A DNA stretch of 64,000 bases from Paramoeba atlantica (Eukaryota; Protista; Discosea). The position numbers and the translations under genes are program-made. Positions within the stretch are counted from its first letter, which is position 1. Each line of letters opens with the position of its first letter. The stretch spans positions 1 to 64,000 of the forward strand of contig CDRNVI010000026.1 in the NCBI GenBank assembly GCA_977017575.1, in the 5' to 3' direction. Below are positions 1-10,405 of this stretch, piece by piece. The notes under the pieces were generated by a model that did no database searches, was not told where the DNA came from, and saw only the letters and a list, made by a program, of their open reading frames with translations.

Positions 1-52
1 CACTTTTTTTTCAATAATCGAGTGTAGAGCGGTAGTTTTACAACCACCGCAA
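1..52 (+). repeat. 3' end of hairpin-bounded dispersed repeat (family A), cut by window edge
   Basis: TTTTCAATAATCGAGTGTAGAGCGGTAGTTTTACAACCACCGCAA is identical to 936-980 and near-identical to the ends at ~15236 and ~40674. Confidence 0.85.
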
Positions 53-55
53 TAA

Positions 56-980
56 TTTCTTTTTTAGGCTCTTCGTTAAACGCGGTGGTTGCTTTCAACG
101 TAGAAGTCACTCATGCTGCGCGCTTCGCGTTGAAAACTACCGCCGCGCTTAACGAAGAGCCTAAAAAAGAAAATTTTAGCCTGGAAAACGGAAAGATAAT
201 AGCCAAAAATAGCCGAATTTCGGGTACAAATGGGGTCATTTTCGCGTATTTTTGCTCTCAGAGCACTAAATCCGACATTCGCGCGTGGGGAAATCACTCG
301 CAGGCATGAATGAAAGCCTACCGAACGTATTGGGTAGAGAATACGACTCCAACCATACCATTCTTTCGACACAAAAAATGCCCCTTTAGGTCCGAAAAAT
401 ACTTTTTCACCTTTTTAGTCAAAATTGGGTCATTTTGAGGGCGCACCACGGTTCGAAGAAGTGATACCTTGCGAAAACAACTGCGTAGAAAGCTAGTGTA
501 GGTCCCAAACTATCAAATACAATAGGGGAAACGATTTGGAAAAATATTTTTTTTTGTCATTTTTTTCGCCAAGTTGAAATGTTTTTCAAAAAAAATTTTC
601 CGAAAAAATCCGAACTTGGCGGACCCGTCTGCGGATACGCGGGGGGTCACCCCGGGTAGGGGGGTGGAAAATGCGCGCCAAGACCCCGGCTACCCTTTCT
701 GCGGTTTTTTTTCGAAAACTAATTTTTTCGAAAAAATTTGCTCGACCAGCCCCCCCCCCCCTGGACCCCCCCCCTGGACCCCCCCCTGGACCCCCCCCAT
801 GACCCCCCCCCATGGACCCCCCATTTTTTTCAAAATTTTTTTCAGTTTTGGACCACCGGAGCCCCCTTTTATATTTTTTTCTTCTATTATATTACTGTGT
901 TCCTCTTTATATTTTCACTGTTTTTGTTCACTTTTTTTTCAATAATCGAGTGTAGAGCGGTAGTTTTACAACCACCGCAA
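56..980 (+). mobile_element. Family A repeat copy, candidate non-autonomous Helentron/HINE-like element
   Basis: Perfect 24-bp inverted arms at 56-79 and 149-172; internal CCCCCCCTGGA tandem tract ~750-825; terminal GCGGTAGTT..AACCACCGC hairpin; segments recur at 14562-15236, 39270-40674 and 42016-42203; sits head-to-tail after the 1-52 copy. Confidence 0.6.
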
Positions 981-1052
981 CGTTATTGTTAACTTCGGCT
1001 ATGGTTGCCATTCTATCTGATCATTACTATGACTTCATAAGATCTATCGTGG

Positions 1053-4000
1053 ATGCTGCATTTGATTTCCGATGTGACTGCAGAACATGTGGAGTATCTT
1101 TCCGAGATAGGCCAACGGTACCAAAGAAAATTACCTACTTGTGGGAAGCATCCGCCACACTGTATAGATGAGCCTGTAGGTGAACAACAGACATACTCAG
1201 CACTGAGTTCTACCGTGCTCGGGCGCGTCGTGCTGCAGGACTCGAGCCGTGTGCGATGTGCCAAACTTAAGGATATTCGACACGCAAACGACACGATGTC
1301 TCCTTATATAGAAGGAATGCCTAAGATAGATGGCTTACGGATAGGAGTGATAATATACTCTGGGCTCCACTTTGGTATTATATGTGAATCCCAAACCGAT
1401 GAACTGTTCAGCTTCCTTCTTGAAGCAGGTAAAAAAACGTGTTTTTTGTACATATTTGAAGGACTTACTTCAAAAGTTGAAGCTACCCAGGAAAGGCCGT
1501 GTATGGCGAAAGATCTGCTGCTTCCGAACGGCTCAGTAGTATGCTTCTCAACATATGAAGGCACCCATCTGTGCCAGAAACTCCAATTGGCAGGTTTAAG
1601 GTCCGTAGTTACACCGAGTGACACAGCTGGAAAAAAGCTAAATGACTCTTCCAAAGAAAAAGCCTTTCTTACTACTCTGATGGCTCGTGTGTGTGCTTCT
1701 TGGATTCAAGAGTGTGTACATTCTTCGTCGATGATTTCGGATTCCTCGGCGACGAGTCCTGAGAGTGCGTCAAATGAGGGAGTGCACCCAAAGAATTGCG
1801 TAGGGGTCCATCCCTCACCTCATGTAAAAATCTGGTTCGGAAGTCCCCACCCCGATATTGTAGCTCGCTCTCTCAAAGAGGTCGGCAACAAGGATATGAC
1901 GTACACAACATTTTGTGAAGTTTGCCCCTCCGCGTTTGGCACACGCTTACCTCCATGGTGTAGCGGTAATCAATGCGATAAGTATCATCCGCCCGATCGA
2001 CTCATTCATATATGGGGTCTAGAAAACGTAGTTCTCGTGGACAAAATCGTTACGGAAACAGAGCAACTGGGTTCATTCTTTCCAAATGTCTTACTATTGC
2101 AAAAAAATGGGGGAATAGGCACCGGACCTTACCATATGGACCCACAGACTGAAAATGACGCGCAAATGGAAGAGAGGCCACGGTACAACAATTTGTCGAA
2201 TAATAGTAATCCCAACAATGTTATTGTCCCATGTTCAACCTTGGATCGCATTCCACTGATACGAATGATGCCAATAGACGCAGAAAAACGAAGCAGGTCT
2301 GTCTCGCTGATCAAATTTCATAACATTGAGGAAAATGTTTGCCTTACTGATCCAAAAGATCAAAAAAATGAAATTCCCTTGCCTACAACAAATGCTAAGT
2401 TAGACTCTACGTACTGTGAGGCTTCACAATTCCGTTTTTCAGCAAATCCTGTGACTTCTGAAACTTTCGGAAACCGTTTGGTGCGCAGCTCTGCAGATCG
2501 CAGATTGTCAAAAGTTGTCTTTCCGAGCTTGCCCAACACGAATGGCAAGAATTCTTCAAAGGATGAAACAATAAGCAATACCACGTTCGAGGATTCCCCA
2601 TGCCTGAGTGAGTCTACTTCGAGGAAAGCAAATCGTACTCATCTCGATTTGGTTGCAAAATCGAGCGATCGCGTAACTACAGTCAGCGATGCCTTAGAGA
2701 ATGATGTCATCGCCGTTGTATCGACGCCTCATAGTGGTGTACGTAGAGACTCAATGTTTTCCGAAGAAAGTAGTCCGAAACGAGACACTGTAAAGCTAAA
2801 TCCCATTGATAAGGATGTAGCGCCTTTATGCAATGATGAAAAGGACGTTGTGGATGAGACAATAAACAATACCACGTACGAGGATTCCCCATGCCTGAGT
2901 GAGTCTACTTTGAAAAAAACAAATCGTACTCATCTGGATTTGGTTGTAAAATCGAGCGATCGCGTAACTACAGTCAGCGATGCCTTAGAGAAAGATGTCA
3001 TTGCCGTTGTATCGACGCTTCATAGTGATGTACGCAGTGACTCAATGCTTTCCGAAGAAAGTAGTCCGAAACGAGACACTGTAAAGCTAAATCCCATTGA
3101 TAAGGATGTAGCGCCTTTATACCATATAGAAAAGGACGAGCGAAGTGCTGTACAACAAGGGGAATTCTCAACGAATGATTTAGTGACGAGTAGCCCAATC
3201 GAAAATTTTACCACTCATTTGGAAGAAAAAGCAACATTGAGAGGTCGGAAAAGGAAGGAAACGCCTCCAGTTTCACAGTCTTGTGCCACGATTGAAGGAA
3301 GTATGACGGTCGGCGAAAGTCCAAAAGAAGTTCCAAAGGAAAGATCACATTTCATGCTCTTAAGAAACACCTCACGTACTGAGGTAGAAGATTCAACTAC
3401 TGAGTTGCTTCAAATTTCCCAGCGGAAGACCTCGGAAAGGAAGGTTGAACGACGTCAGATAATGCTTTCTGAAACCACGGAAGACGAAGAAGTACTACAG
3501 ACTCCGAAAAAGCAGAAGATATTAAATTTTTCGTCACCAAATGATGAGAAGAAAGTAATGAACGCACAATCGGTCAGACGTACTATGATACGCAAGCATC
3601 TGTCCGAACACAACCAAGAGCATTTTATCCCTTTTGACGACGATCTCTGCCGACTTCCGCAATTATCCAGCACTGTTTTCCTCTGGAGGAATCACTATCT
3701 ATCGCCGAATCAGTCTTTACACTTGGAACCATTCTTCGACCCTGGAAGAGCCAACCCGCTTTTGACTTGTCCACAAGATTACGAGAATATTGCCGCACGT
3801 GGGAATATTTCCGAATCGAGACCCCGGACGCAGCACTCAACAAAGAAATCCCAATGCCGAAAGGAATGCGGAAAAATGCCAGTAACAAGGGTTCACAAAG
3901 GAAAACTACAACAGACCAACGTACATCTTTGTAGTGCTCGCGAAGTGATTTTGATTAACTATGGATCTTCTGCCTTTTCTGTCTCAAAGGGGGAGGACTC

Positions 4001-5843
4001 GGCTATACCCTCCTTGGTGCTCCCGAAGGATAAAGAGCTTCGAGATTTTATCTCCCACGTTTCCTACTGCTGTGCGATTCCGACTCTAGAGGCCCGAGCT
4101 CGTGCACTCGCCGCGGAGGTTTGTCTGCGGCTCGGGGGCAGATCTGACCACAACCCGGAACAATTTGACGAGGAAGCAGAGCGACACGTTCTTTCCAAAC
4201 GGATCAATGCTTCTACTGGTGCTCCACGTGCTTGTGTGTCCCTCGGGACGCTTCGCCTGGGACTCTGTCGTCACCGCACTCTCCTGTTCAAACTCCTCTG
4301 TGACCTGTTTGAGGTTCCGTGCTACATGATTCGCGGCGCGGTGCATGAAGGGAACGATGCCCCCAACACCACCGCCCCAGACCCCGGCGCCATTCACCAC
4401 CGACACTCCTGGAACGTGGTCCGCATAAGTGCCGAGGTCGGTCCCCTCCCGCACCGTGCCCCCTCCCATGACCCTCTCACCGACTGGCGTCTCGTCGACC
4501 TCATGCTCCACGGTCCCCAACTCCACCCCCTCTCCACCCTCCCGGAACACTACCTCTTCCCCCACACCCCTTTCCTGGAGTGGTCCCGTGCCGTGATCGC
4601 GGGTCAACCCCTGTCCTCCACCCAACATGCCCTCCCCGCTCGTCTGCCCCAACATATACCCCTCCCCCACCCCTCCCCTTTCCGCTCCCTCGCCCCCCTC
4701 GCCCTCCTCCCCCACCCCCTCCCCCACAACCGCCCCTCCCCCTCCCCCCTCACCCTCGAGCGCCCCTGTGGCTACGGCGTCACCGGGGTAGTCTACAAGG
4801 CCTCCCTCTCGGGGTACACCGTCGCGGTGAAGACCATGCGGGCCTCAAGGCGTTCTACCACAACCCCCCCCTCGCTCCCCCCCGCGCTCCACAACGAGTA
4901 CCGCTGGCTCCACGCCCTGCGCCACTCCCCCCACGTGATCTCCGTGCTCGGGGTCCACACCGACGCCACCGCCTCCAGCCTCTACCTCGAGTTCCGCACG
5001 CACAGCCTGCTGTGGCTGCTGAACATGCGGCGGGAGGGGCTGGACCCCGGGGCGGTGCTCGCGGTGGGGCTCGGGGTGGGGGCGGGGCTGGTGGGGCTGC
5101 ACGGGCTCGGGGGGGTGCACCGGGACGTGAAGGCGGAGAACGTGCTGCTGGAGGCGTACCCGAGGGAGGTACGGGCGCTGGACCTGCCCCCGGAGGAGGG
5201 GGGGTGTGAGATTCGGTGTGTGCAGCTGTGTGATTTTATGGAGGCGTGTGAGGCGGGGCGGACGCCGGAGATGGATGAGGAGGGGTGGGGGAGGGAGGGG
5301 AGGGGGGAGGGGGAGGGGGAGCAGGGGGTGCCAGAGAGTTCTCGGGTGACGGGGAAACGAATGGTGTGTGCGGTGACGGGGACGGAGCCGTATATGGCCC
5401 CGGAGATTTTGCATAACGCGGGGGTCCAGATGCCGCATTTGGGGAGGAAGGGGAAGTGTGCGAACCCGGTGGTGTGGCAGCCCTCCGCGGATATCTGGGC
5501 CCTTGGCGTGTTGCTCTGTGAGGTGTGTAATCTGGAGCTCACCACCAGTGCCTCGTTGACGAAGGAAAATGCGCGGGAGGGGGGAAAACGGAGGTCCAAG
5601 AATGAACGGTTTGTCGCGCGTACAGTGTCATTCACGCTGGCGAATGGAAAGGCAAAGTCGATTGTGATTCCACAACTCCGAGATCCAGATCACTGGCCCC
5701 CGATTCTGGTGGAGGTTATAGAAAGATGTCTGGAGCTCAATCCCTCGAAGCGTATAACGGCGAAAAGGGTGGTATCCCAATTGAAAGTTTTAAAAAGGAA
5801 GAATACGCTAAATGATGCTACCTCGACGGATGTGTCGAGGTAG
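1053..5843 (+). CDS. Protein kinase with EDR1/CTR1-type domain upstream of the catalytic domain
   Basis: 1596 aa ORF; GLCRHRTLLFKLLCD...HSWNVV (EDR1-like); GYGVTGVVYK, AVK, HRDVKAENVLL, GTEPYMAPE, DIWALG kinase motifs. Confidence 0.85.
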   Translation: MLHLISDVTAEHVEYLSEIGQRYQRKLPTCGKHPPHCIDEPVGEQQTYSALSSTVLGRVVLQDSSRVRCAKLKDIRHANDTMSPYIEGMPKIDGLRIGVIIYSGLHFGIICESQTDELFSFLLEAGKKTCFLYIFEGLTSKVEATQERPCMAKDLLLPNGSVVCFSTYEGTHLCQKLQLAGLRSVVTPSDTAGKKLNDSSKEKAFLTTLMARVCASWIQECVHSSSMISDSSATSPESASNEGVHPKNCVGVHPSPHVKIWFGSPHPDIVARSLKEVGNKDMTYTTFCEVCPSAFGTRLPPWCSGNQCDKYHPPDRLIHIWGLENVVLVDKIVTETEQLGSFFPNVLLLQKNGGIGTGPYHMDPQTENDAQMEERPRYNNLSNNSNPNNVIVPCSTLDRIPLIRMMPIDAEKRSRSVSLIKFHNIEENVCLTDPKDQKNEIPLPTTNAKLDSTYCEASQFRFSANPVTSETFGNRLVRSSADRRLSKVVFPSLPNTNGKNSSKDETISNTTFEDSPCLSESTSRKANRTHLDLVAKSSDRVTTVSDALENDVIAVVSTPHSGVRRDSMFSEESSPKRDTVKLNPIDKDVAPLCNDEKDVVDETINNTTYEDSPCLSESTLKKTNRTHLDLVVKSSDRVTTVSDALEKDVIAVVSTLHSDVRSDSMLSEESSPKRDTVKLNPIDKDVAPLYHIEKDERSAVQQGEFSTNDLVTSSPIENFTTHLEEKATLRGRKRKETPPVSQSCATIEGSMTVGESPKEVPKERSHFMLLRNTSRTEVEDSTTELLQISQRKTSERKVERRQIMLSETTEDEEVLQTPKKQKILNFSSPNDEKKVMNAQSVRRTMIRKHLSEHNQEHFIPFDDDLCRLPQLSSTVFLWRNHYLSPNQSLHLEPFFDPGRANPLLTCPQDYENIAARGNISESRPRTQHSTKKSQCRKECGKMPVTRVHKGKLQQTNVHLCSAREVILINYGSSAFSVSKGEDSAIPSLVLPKDKELRDFISHVSYCCAIPTLEARARALAAEVCLRLGGRSDHNPEQFDEEAERHVLSKRINASTGAPRACVSLGTLRLGLCRHRTLLFKLLCDLFEVPCYMIRGAVHEGNDAPNTTAPDPGAIHHRHSWNVVRISAEVGPLPHRAPSHDPLTDWRLVDLMLHGPQLHPLSTLPEHYLFPHTPFLEWSRAVIAGQPLSSTQHALPARLPQHIPLPHPSPFRSLAPLALLPHPLPHNRPSPSPLTLERPCGYGVTGVVYKASLSGYTVAVKTMRASRRSTTTPPSLPPALHNEYRWLHALRHSPHVISVLGVHTDATASSLYLEFRTHSLLWLLNMRREGLDPGAVLAVGLGVGAGLVGLHGLGGVHRDVKAENVLLEAYPREVRALDLPPEEGGCEIRCVQLCDFMEACEAGRTPEMDEEGWGREGRGEGEGEQGVPESSRVTGKRMVCAVTGTEPYMAPEILHNAGVQMPHLGRKGKCANPVVWQPSADIWALGVLLCEVCNLELTTSASLTKENAREGGKRRSKNERFVARTVSFTLANGKAKSIVIPQLRDPDHWPPILVEVIERCLELNPSKRITAKRVVSQLKVLKRKNTLNDATSTDVSR
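2561..3122 (+). repeat. In-frame tandem duplication, 291-bp (97 aa) period, inside the kinase gene
   Basis: DETI(S/N)NTT(F/Y)EDSPCLSEST...PKRDTVKLNPIDKDVAPL occurs twice, starting at 2561 and 2852. Confidence 0.9.
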
Positions 5844-6110
5844 TGGGGCTCGTAGGGGGCTGTGTAGTAGACTGGGGGTTGTGAGTAAACATACGAGACT
5901 AGGAGCAGGCTTGTGTAAGCTCCGGTTTCCTGTACTGATCGTAAGAGGCTAAGGTCGTATGTCCGTCTAAGGTGCTTAATGTTTGTCTAATGTACCGTAA
6001 TCTATAGCTATCAGATTTTTTCGTGTTTTTTGTTCTACGCGTTACAATATTTTAGCGCGATTGGTATTCTTAAAAAATCTATGTTTTAATGTTTTGTACA
6101 TACTTTACGA

Positions 6111-6863
6111 ATGGAATCTACGACTGCCATCAAAAACGCCCACAATGGACTCTACGAACAACTGGACTCCCTGTCATATGGATTAACGCAACTCGTTTCC
6201 GTCGATAAAGGTCGAAAAGGAAAGCGTTTTCGAGAAGAGAACTCGGTGAGTTCCTCACATGTAGAGGTGATGTCGATGTGCTTCCGTGCACTAGCGACGC
6301 AGGGAATGGTTCCATTTGCGCCATCCATTCGCGCGGAGCTCCGTGACTTGTTTAAAGGCCGAGACATTGATCCGAGTTCGCTTGCGGGTTTTCTTCTTAA
6401 CGGCACTGGGCTGCACTCTCGTACGCGTCATGAAACAGACTCCACAAAGAAGCTAAGAAAAGAAAAGCGAGCACTCCTATGTGTGTCTATCACACGTGTA
6501 CTGTTGTATTACATAAGTGAGTTGCATAGTTGTTACGAAGTTTTTTGTGACCCCATGAGTGCAGTTCTGGGAACACAAGGCACTGCTAGAGTTAAGACCA
6601 ATGGTGGTCAAAAAAGACTTGCGATTTGGCACTCCATCCGAACGTTTGCCTCCGTTGTGCGAAAAACAGAACAAAAATATCTGCAAAGGCAAGCTGTGAA
6701 GCATCAAACGGAAGTACTTTCAAGCACTACATCTCAATTAAGTATATCCACACCCCAAGGTTGGCAACAAATAGAAACTCTGCAAGTCGGTCTAAGATAT
6801 ATTTTGCCGTTCTTAAAACACTTGCCGGACTTTAGCACGCATTTTCCCCAATCATTCGTTTGA
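6111..6863 (+). CDS. Hypothetical protein, 250 aa
   Basis: ATG-initiated ORF on the cluster strand with normal composition; no motif recognised. Confidence 0.65.
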   Translation: MESTTAIKNAHNGLYEQLDSLSYGLTQLVSVDKGRKGKRFREENSVSSSHVEVMSMCFRALATQGMVPFAPSIRAELRDLFKGRDIDPSSLAGFLLNGTGLHSRTRHETDSTKKLRKEKRALLCVSITRVLLYYISELHSCYEVFCDPMSAVLGTQGTARVKTNGGQKRLAIWHSIRTFASVVRKTEQKYLQRQAVKHQTEVLSSTTSQLSISTPQGWQQIETLQVGLRYILPFLKHLPDFSTHFPQSFV

Positions 6864-7202
6864 AATTAGAAAAGGGTTCAGAAGCACATTAAGATGCCAC
6901 GAACACATCATACAAGAATTTTGCGAGCTGTATGAAAAGCGAATCCTTTCGTACGTTTCACTAATACACTGTACTCTTTTACTAAAATTATTTTAACTGC
7001 GTTATTTCTTGCTGTTTATCTTGCCATTGGACATAGTTTTACGTTAATCTTACGTTACTTTTACGTAGTTGGTCATCAGTTTCAAGGAAAATAAGGCTTT
7101 GACTCCCATAAATACCTTTTACCATTCAATCGTTTAGTAAAGTATCTGAGGTGTTTTGGATAAAGAGTATTATTCTTTGATCTCATATCCTATTTCCTCA
7201 TC

Positions 7203-7499
7203 ATGTCCGCAGTCTTAGCGACGTCTGTTTTTGAAATGAACGGAGGCAAACGATTAGTACCGGACACCGAAGAAGAGGAGTCCTATCACTATGAAACCGT
7301 TGAGCTAGGAGAGATGCAATTCGTAGCTCAACGTGATTTGTTCCGCTATGAGTGCCCTTGTGGCGATTGGTTTGAAATTAGTGCGGAGGAAATTCTGAAT
7401 GGAAGCCGTGTGGCTCAGTGCCCGACATGCTCGCTTACGATATGGGTGACACCGAGCCGGGATGTCTCGGGATATCTTACATCGTTGGGACGAAGGTGA
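7203..7499 (+). CDS. DPH3: Diphthamide biosynthesis protein 3 (CSL zinc finger, KTI11)
   Basis: YECPCGDWFEIS...AQCPTCSLTI CSL zinc-finger signature. Confidence 0.92.
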   Translation: MSAVLATSVFEMNGGKRLVPDTEEEESYHYETVELGEMQFVAQRDLFRYECPCGDWFEISAEEILNGSRVAQCPTCSLTIWVTPSRDVSGYLTSLGRR

Positions 7500-7607
7500 A
7501 TGACCTTCAAAAATTAACTTTTGATGAAAAATGTATTCAAAAATGTGTTCCGTATTGGATGATTGAACGTCTGATTCTTTGAATACGTATTCTTGTTAGC
7601 GAAGAAT

Positions 7608-7700
7608 GCTCGAAGAATTATTAACAATAAACGAGCCCTTTATACAGCCCTTTATACAGCCCTCTATACGAGCCCTGTACTAAAATTGTACCAATAGTAA
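7608..7700 (+). repeat. Short dispersed repeat shared with ~24777-24860
   Basis: AGAATGCTCGAAGAAT..AACAATAAACG..CCCTTTATACAGCCC..GAGCCCTGTACTAAAATTGTACCAATAG is present at both loci. Confidence 0.8.
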
Positions 7701-7859
7701 TACAGTATTACTAATACTACTATTTCTAGTAAGGATAGTACCGTGCACGCAGTATTTTTTGCACGTAGTATACACATATCTAAACAGCAAAGTCTACATT
7801 TGTAGTTTCACACAAATATTAGATTTGTAGAATTTTCTATTTTTCCTGAAGGTTTTCTA

Positions 7860-7936
7860 ATGCAACGTGTGTCTACGTTGGACGACACTTCCGATCTGCG
7901 TCGAGGTTCAGTTACCTCGTTGCTAATGCCCAAGAG
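7860..7936 (+). pseudogene. 5' fragment of LRR-family gene
   Basis: MQRVSTLDDTSDLRRGSVTSLL and its upstream flank match the start of the intact LRR gene at 31626; homology stops after ~25 codons. Confidence 0.8.
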
Positions 7937-8007
7937 GTGTACAACATAACAAGTACACCTACACACACACATCGGTTGGACTTGAAATTCTCAAGTCTCA
8001 TCATCAT

Positions 8008-8112
8008 AGCCATCTCATCATGGCTTTAGGAGTAGCCATGCAGAGGGGGAACGCTCAGATAGCGAATGCCGCCGTACAAAATTAGTCCTGAAGGGGCGTG
8101 CGCTAACTGGGC
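8008..8112 (+). mobile_element. 3'-terminal remnant of the CRE-like retrotransposon
   Basis: Translates HLIMALGVAMQRGNAQIANAAVQN*S*RGVR*, aligning to the end of ORF2 at ~30188-30293. Confidence 0.85.
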
Positions 8113-8401
8113 TTTGGGGATAAAATAAATATAATTACACATAACCATATGAGGGGCTGCGGGTCGCGGGTTCGGTGCGAGTTCGGCGCGGGTTGAAAAA
8201 AAATCTTCTGAAAGCATGCGAAATTAGTCGGAGCTGCAGACATTGAAGGAGAAAAATAGTTAGATCGAAGGAGAAATCATAATGTGCGACATACATAGTG
8301 TACATAATATACGATAATAACAAAAATTTATAAGCCATGTATACGATATGACTACGTAGTTTACATTTCGCAATTCATGGAAAACGACTAGATACTTAAT
8401 T

Positions 8402-9498
8402 TTATTTAGTTTTTGATCCGTACTGTGGTTTCTTGGGAACATATCCCACATCGTATATGTGTTCTTTGAGCCAATCCCTCCGTTCATCAATCGGTTTGAC
8501 TAAACCACACCCTTTGCTACACCAACAAAAAGATGAGTCATCGATATTTTGTAAGTGTACATTTATTTCACTATCAAAGTCGTATTGGGGTTCTGATGCA
8601 AGCAAACCATACACTGCAACAGATACAATCTGAACGACATCCTTTACCCACGTAATATCGTGGTCCGTTCCATGAAAAAAACGAAATTTATCGAAATGAG
8701 CGAAACAACGCTCGATTCTTGAACGAATCCAAGAATGCATACGTTTGAACCGATCCTGGTGTTCATCAAGGCAACCTTTGCGTGGTGCTTTGAATGGAAC
8801 AAAACAGTGGTTGCAACCCACGTATCCTAGATCCGCCAAAAACATTTCATCTTCATGATGGTCAAAAAGAAATGTTCCGTGCGTGGTTCTTTCTTTATAA
8901 ATTTTCGCATCATGTACACTGCCCGGAACGGGTCCGCGAAAAAAATAGGGACTCCGGCAAGCGTAAGCCAGAACTCCACTTTAAAACAGTGTTCCCTGTG
9001 CTTGCCGGAGTAGGTCGCATCTTTTTTTCTCATTTCCTGAGAGGCTTCGTCCCATACGTCCCGCGGTTTCCTTGCACGACATGGGATTGTCGTAACGTCC
9101 ATCATACATGTCACGTCAGACATCCAAGATACCCCATGCTTGAAACGAAGTTTCGGATTCATTAAAGCAGGAGAGCGACAAAGATCAGCGATGCGGCTAA
9201 AGTCATCGCGGAGAGTCCTGATGGGTAGAGGAGGAGTTTCGGGAGCAATCCAGATGGGCTGTAAATCATACAGTTGCTCCCATGTGCAGTTCAAAACGCA
9301 CATAGCTAAGGAAGAGCTAAGGCGTCTGAGATCAGTGTCCGTGGCGACAAGAGGACTTGCTCTCTGTAGCTCAAGAAAAAAATCTGTGAGTTGCTCTCTG
9401 GTAATGCCGTACATGATAGAATTGCAGGATAAAATATCGCCTAGAGAGAAAACAAAAAGTAAGATGACATTCATGGGTAAGATACCTAACTTATTCAT
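8402..9498 (-). pseudogene. DDE_Tnp_4 (Harbinger/ISL2EU/IS5-like) transposase with one frameshift
   Basis: MDVT...YSGKHREHCFK...(frameshift ~8926)...PGSVHDAKI...FLADLGY...HSWIRSRIERCFAHF; joins the 8827-9498 and 8402-8845 ORFs. Confidence 0.85.
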
Positions 9499-9538
9499 GA
9501 TACAAGATGCATGATATATCTAAAAAAAGAATGATATA

Positions 9539-10290
9539 CATGGGTGGGCACCTTCAGAGTGGGGGGGTCTAAAATTCGTAAAACTTGTTCAATTTTGGAA
9601 AGTAATAGCGCATTCGAGAGCTCTCAAATAGTCTGGTGTAATCGTAAAAAGCACTCTGCGAAAGTTTACGGGAATCAAAGAAAGCTAGAATGGTCCCAAA
9701 CACGAATTGCAACTTTATTTTTTAAGCGAAAAAGTCCTTTTTTTCCAAAAAAAATCTCAGTACCCACAATTTCCCCCTTTTTTCTCAATAACGATTTGAA
9801 AGCGCTTGGAGACACTCTTTATGGTCTTCACGCAAGTACTTTTGAGATCGGTTTGAAGTGCCTCGTATGCACTCTCGATAGAAGAGAGGAGATCTTCTAT
9901 CTCTCGATAGAAGAGAGAATGCTGTAGCATTGTAGGACCCAGAACGAAAGTAATGGTCTACGAGAAGCATGCGATGCGACGGCCTTACCTTCCCAGGTGG
10001 TGAATAAGCATCTCTCTGGAAAGGAAACCGTGATGTTCGCGATCGTACACGTTTCTGAGGCATTAACGGCGCAAAAAAACTAAAAAAAGCCAAAAAAACT
10101 GAAAAATTGCATCTTCGGGGAAAAATAAATTCCTTGTTTTTCTGTCATTTATCTCGAATGTCTAAAAACGGGAAACGGATGTTGCCATTACACCAGACTA
10201 CTTGAGAGCTCTCGAATGCGCTATTACTTTCCAAAATTGGTCAAGTTTTACGAATTTTAGACCCCCCCACTCTGAAGGCGCCCACCCCTG
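9539..10290. mobile_element. MITE with ~104-bp TIRs and TA duplication (Tc1/mariner-like ends)
   Basis: 9539-9642 is the near-perfect reverse complement of 10187-10290; TA at 9537-9538 and 10291-10292; no credible coding region. Confidence 0.88.
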
Positions 10291-10405
10291 TATAAAGGTT
10301 AGCACTTCAAACTTCAAAAAAAACGAGCTTATCACTTCTCTTGAATTACAACTCTTTCTCTTATGTACGCTTTGCGGGGGAAACGTTCGCTTCTGCGAGG
10401 GAAAA

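Noticed and set aside
750-825. CCCCCCCTGGA arrays as CRISPR or interstitial telomere
   Set aside because: No spacers or cas genes; the unit is not TTAGGG and is always embedded in the family A repeat.
574-945. ORFs over family A repeats (also 14811-15203, 41860-42174, 39357-39648)
   Set aside because: Low-complexity P/F-rich translations of non-coding repeat, with frames not conserved between copies.
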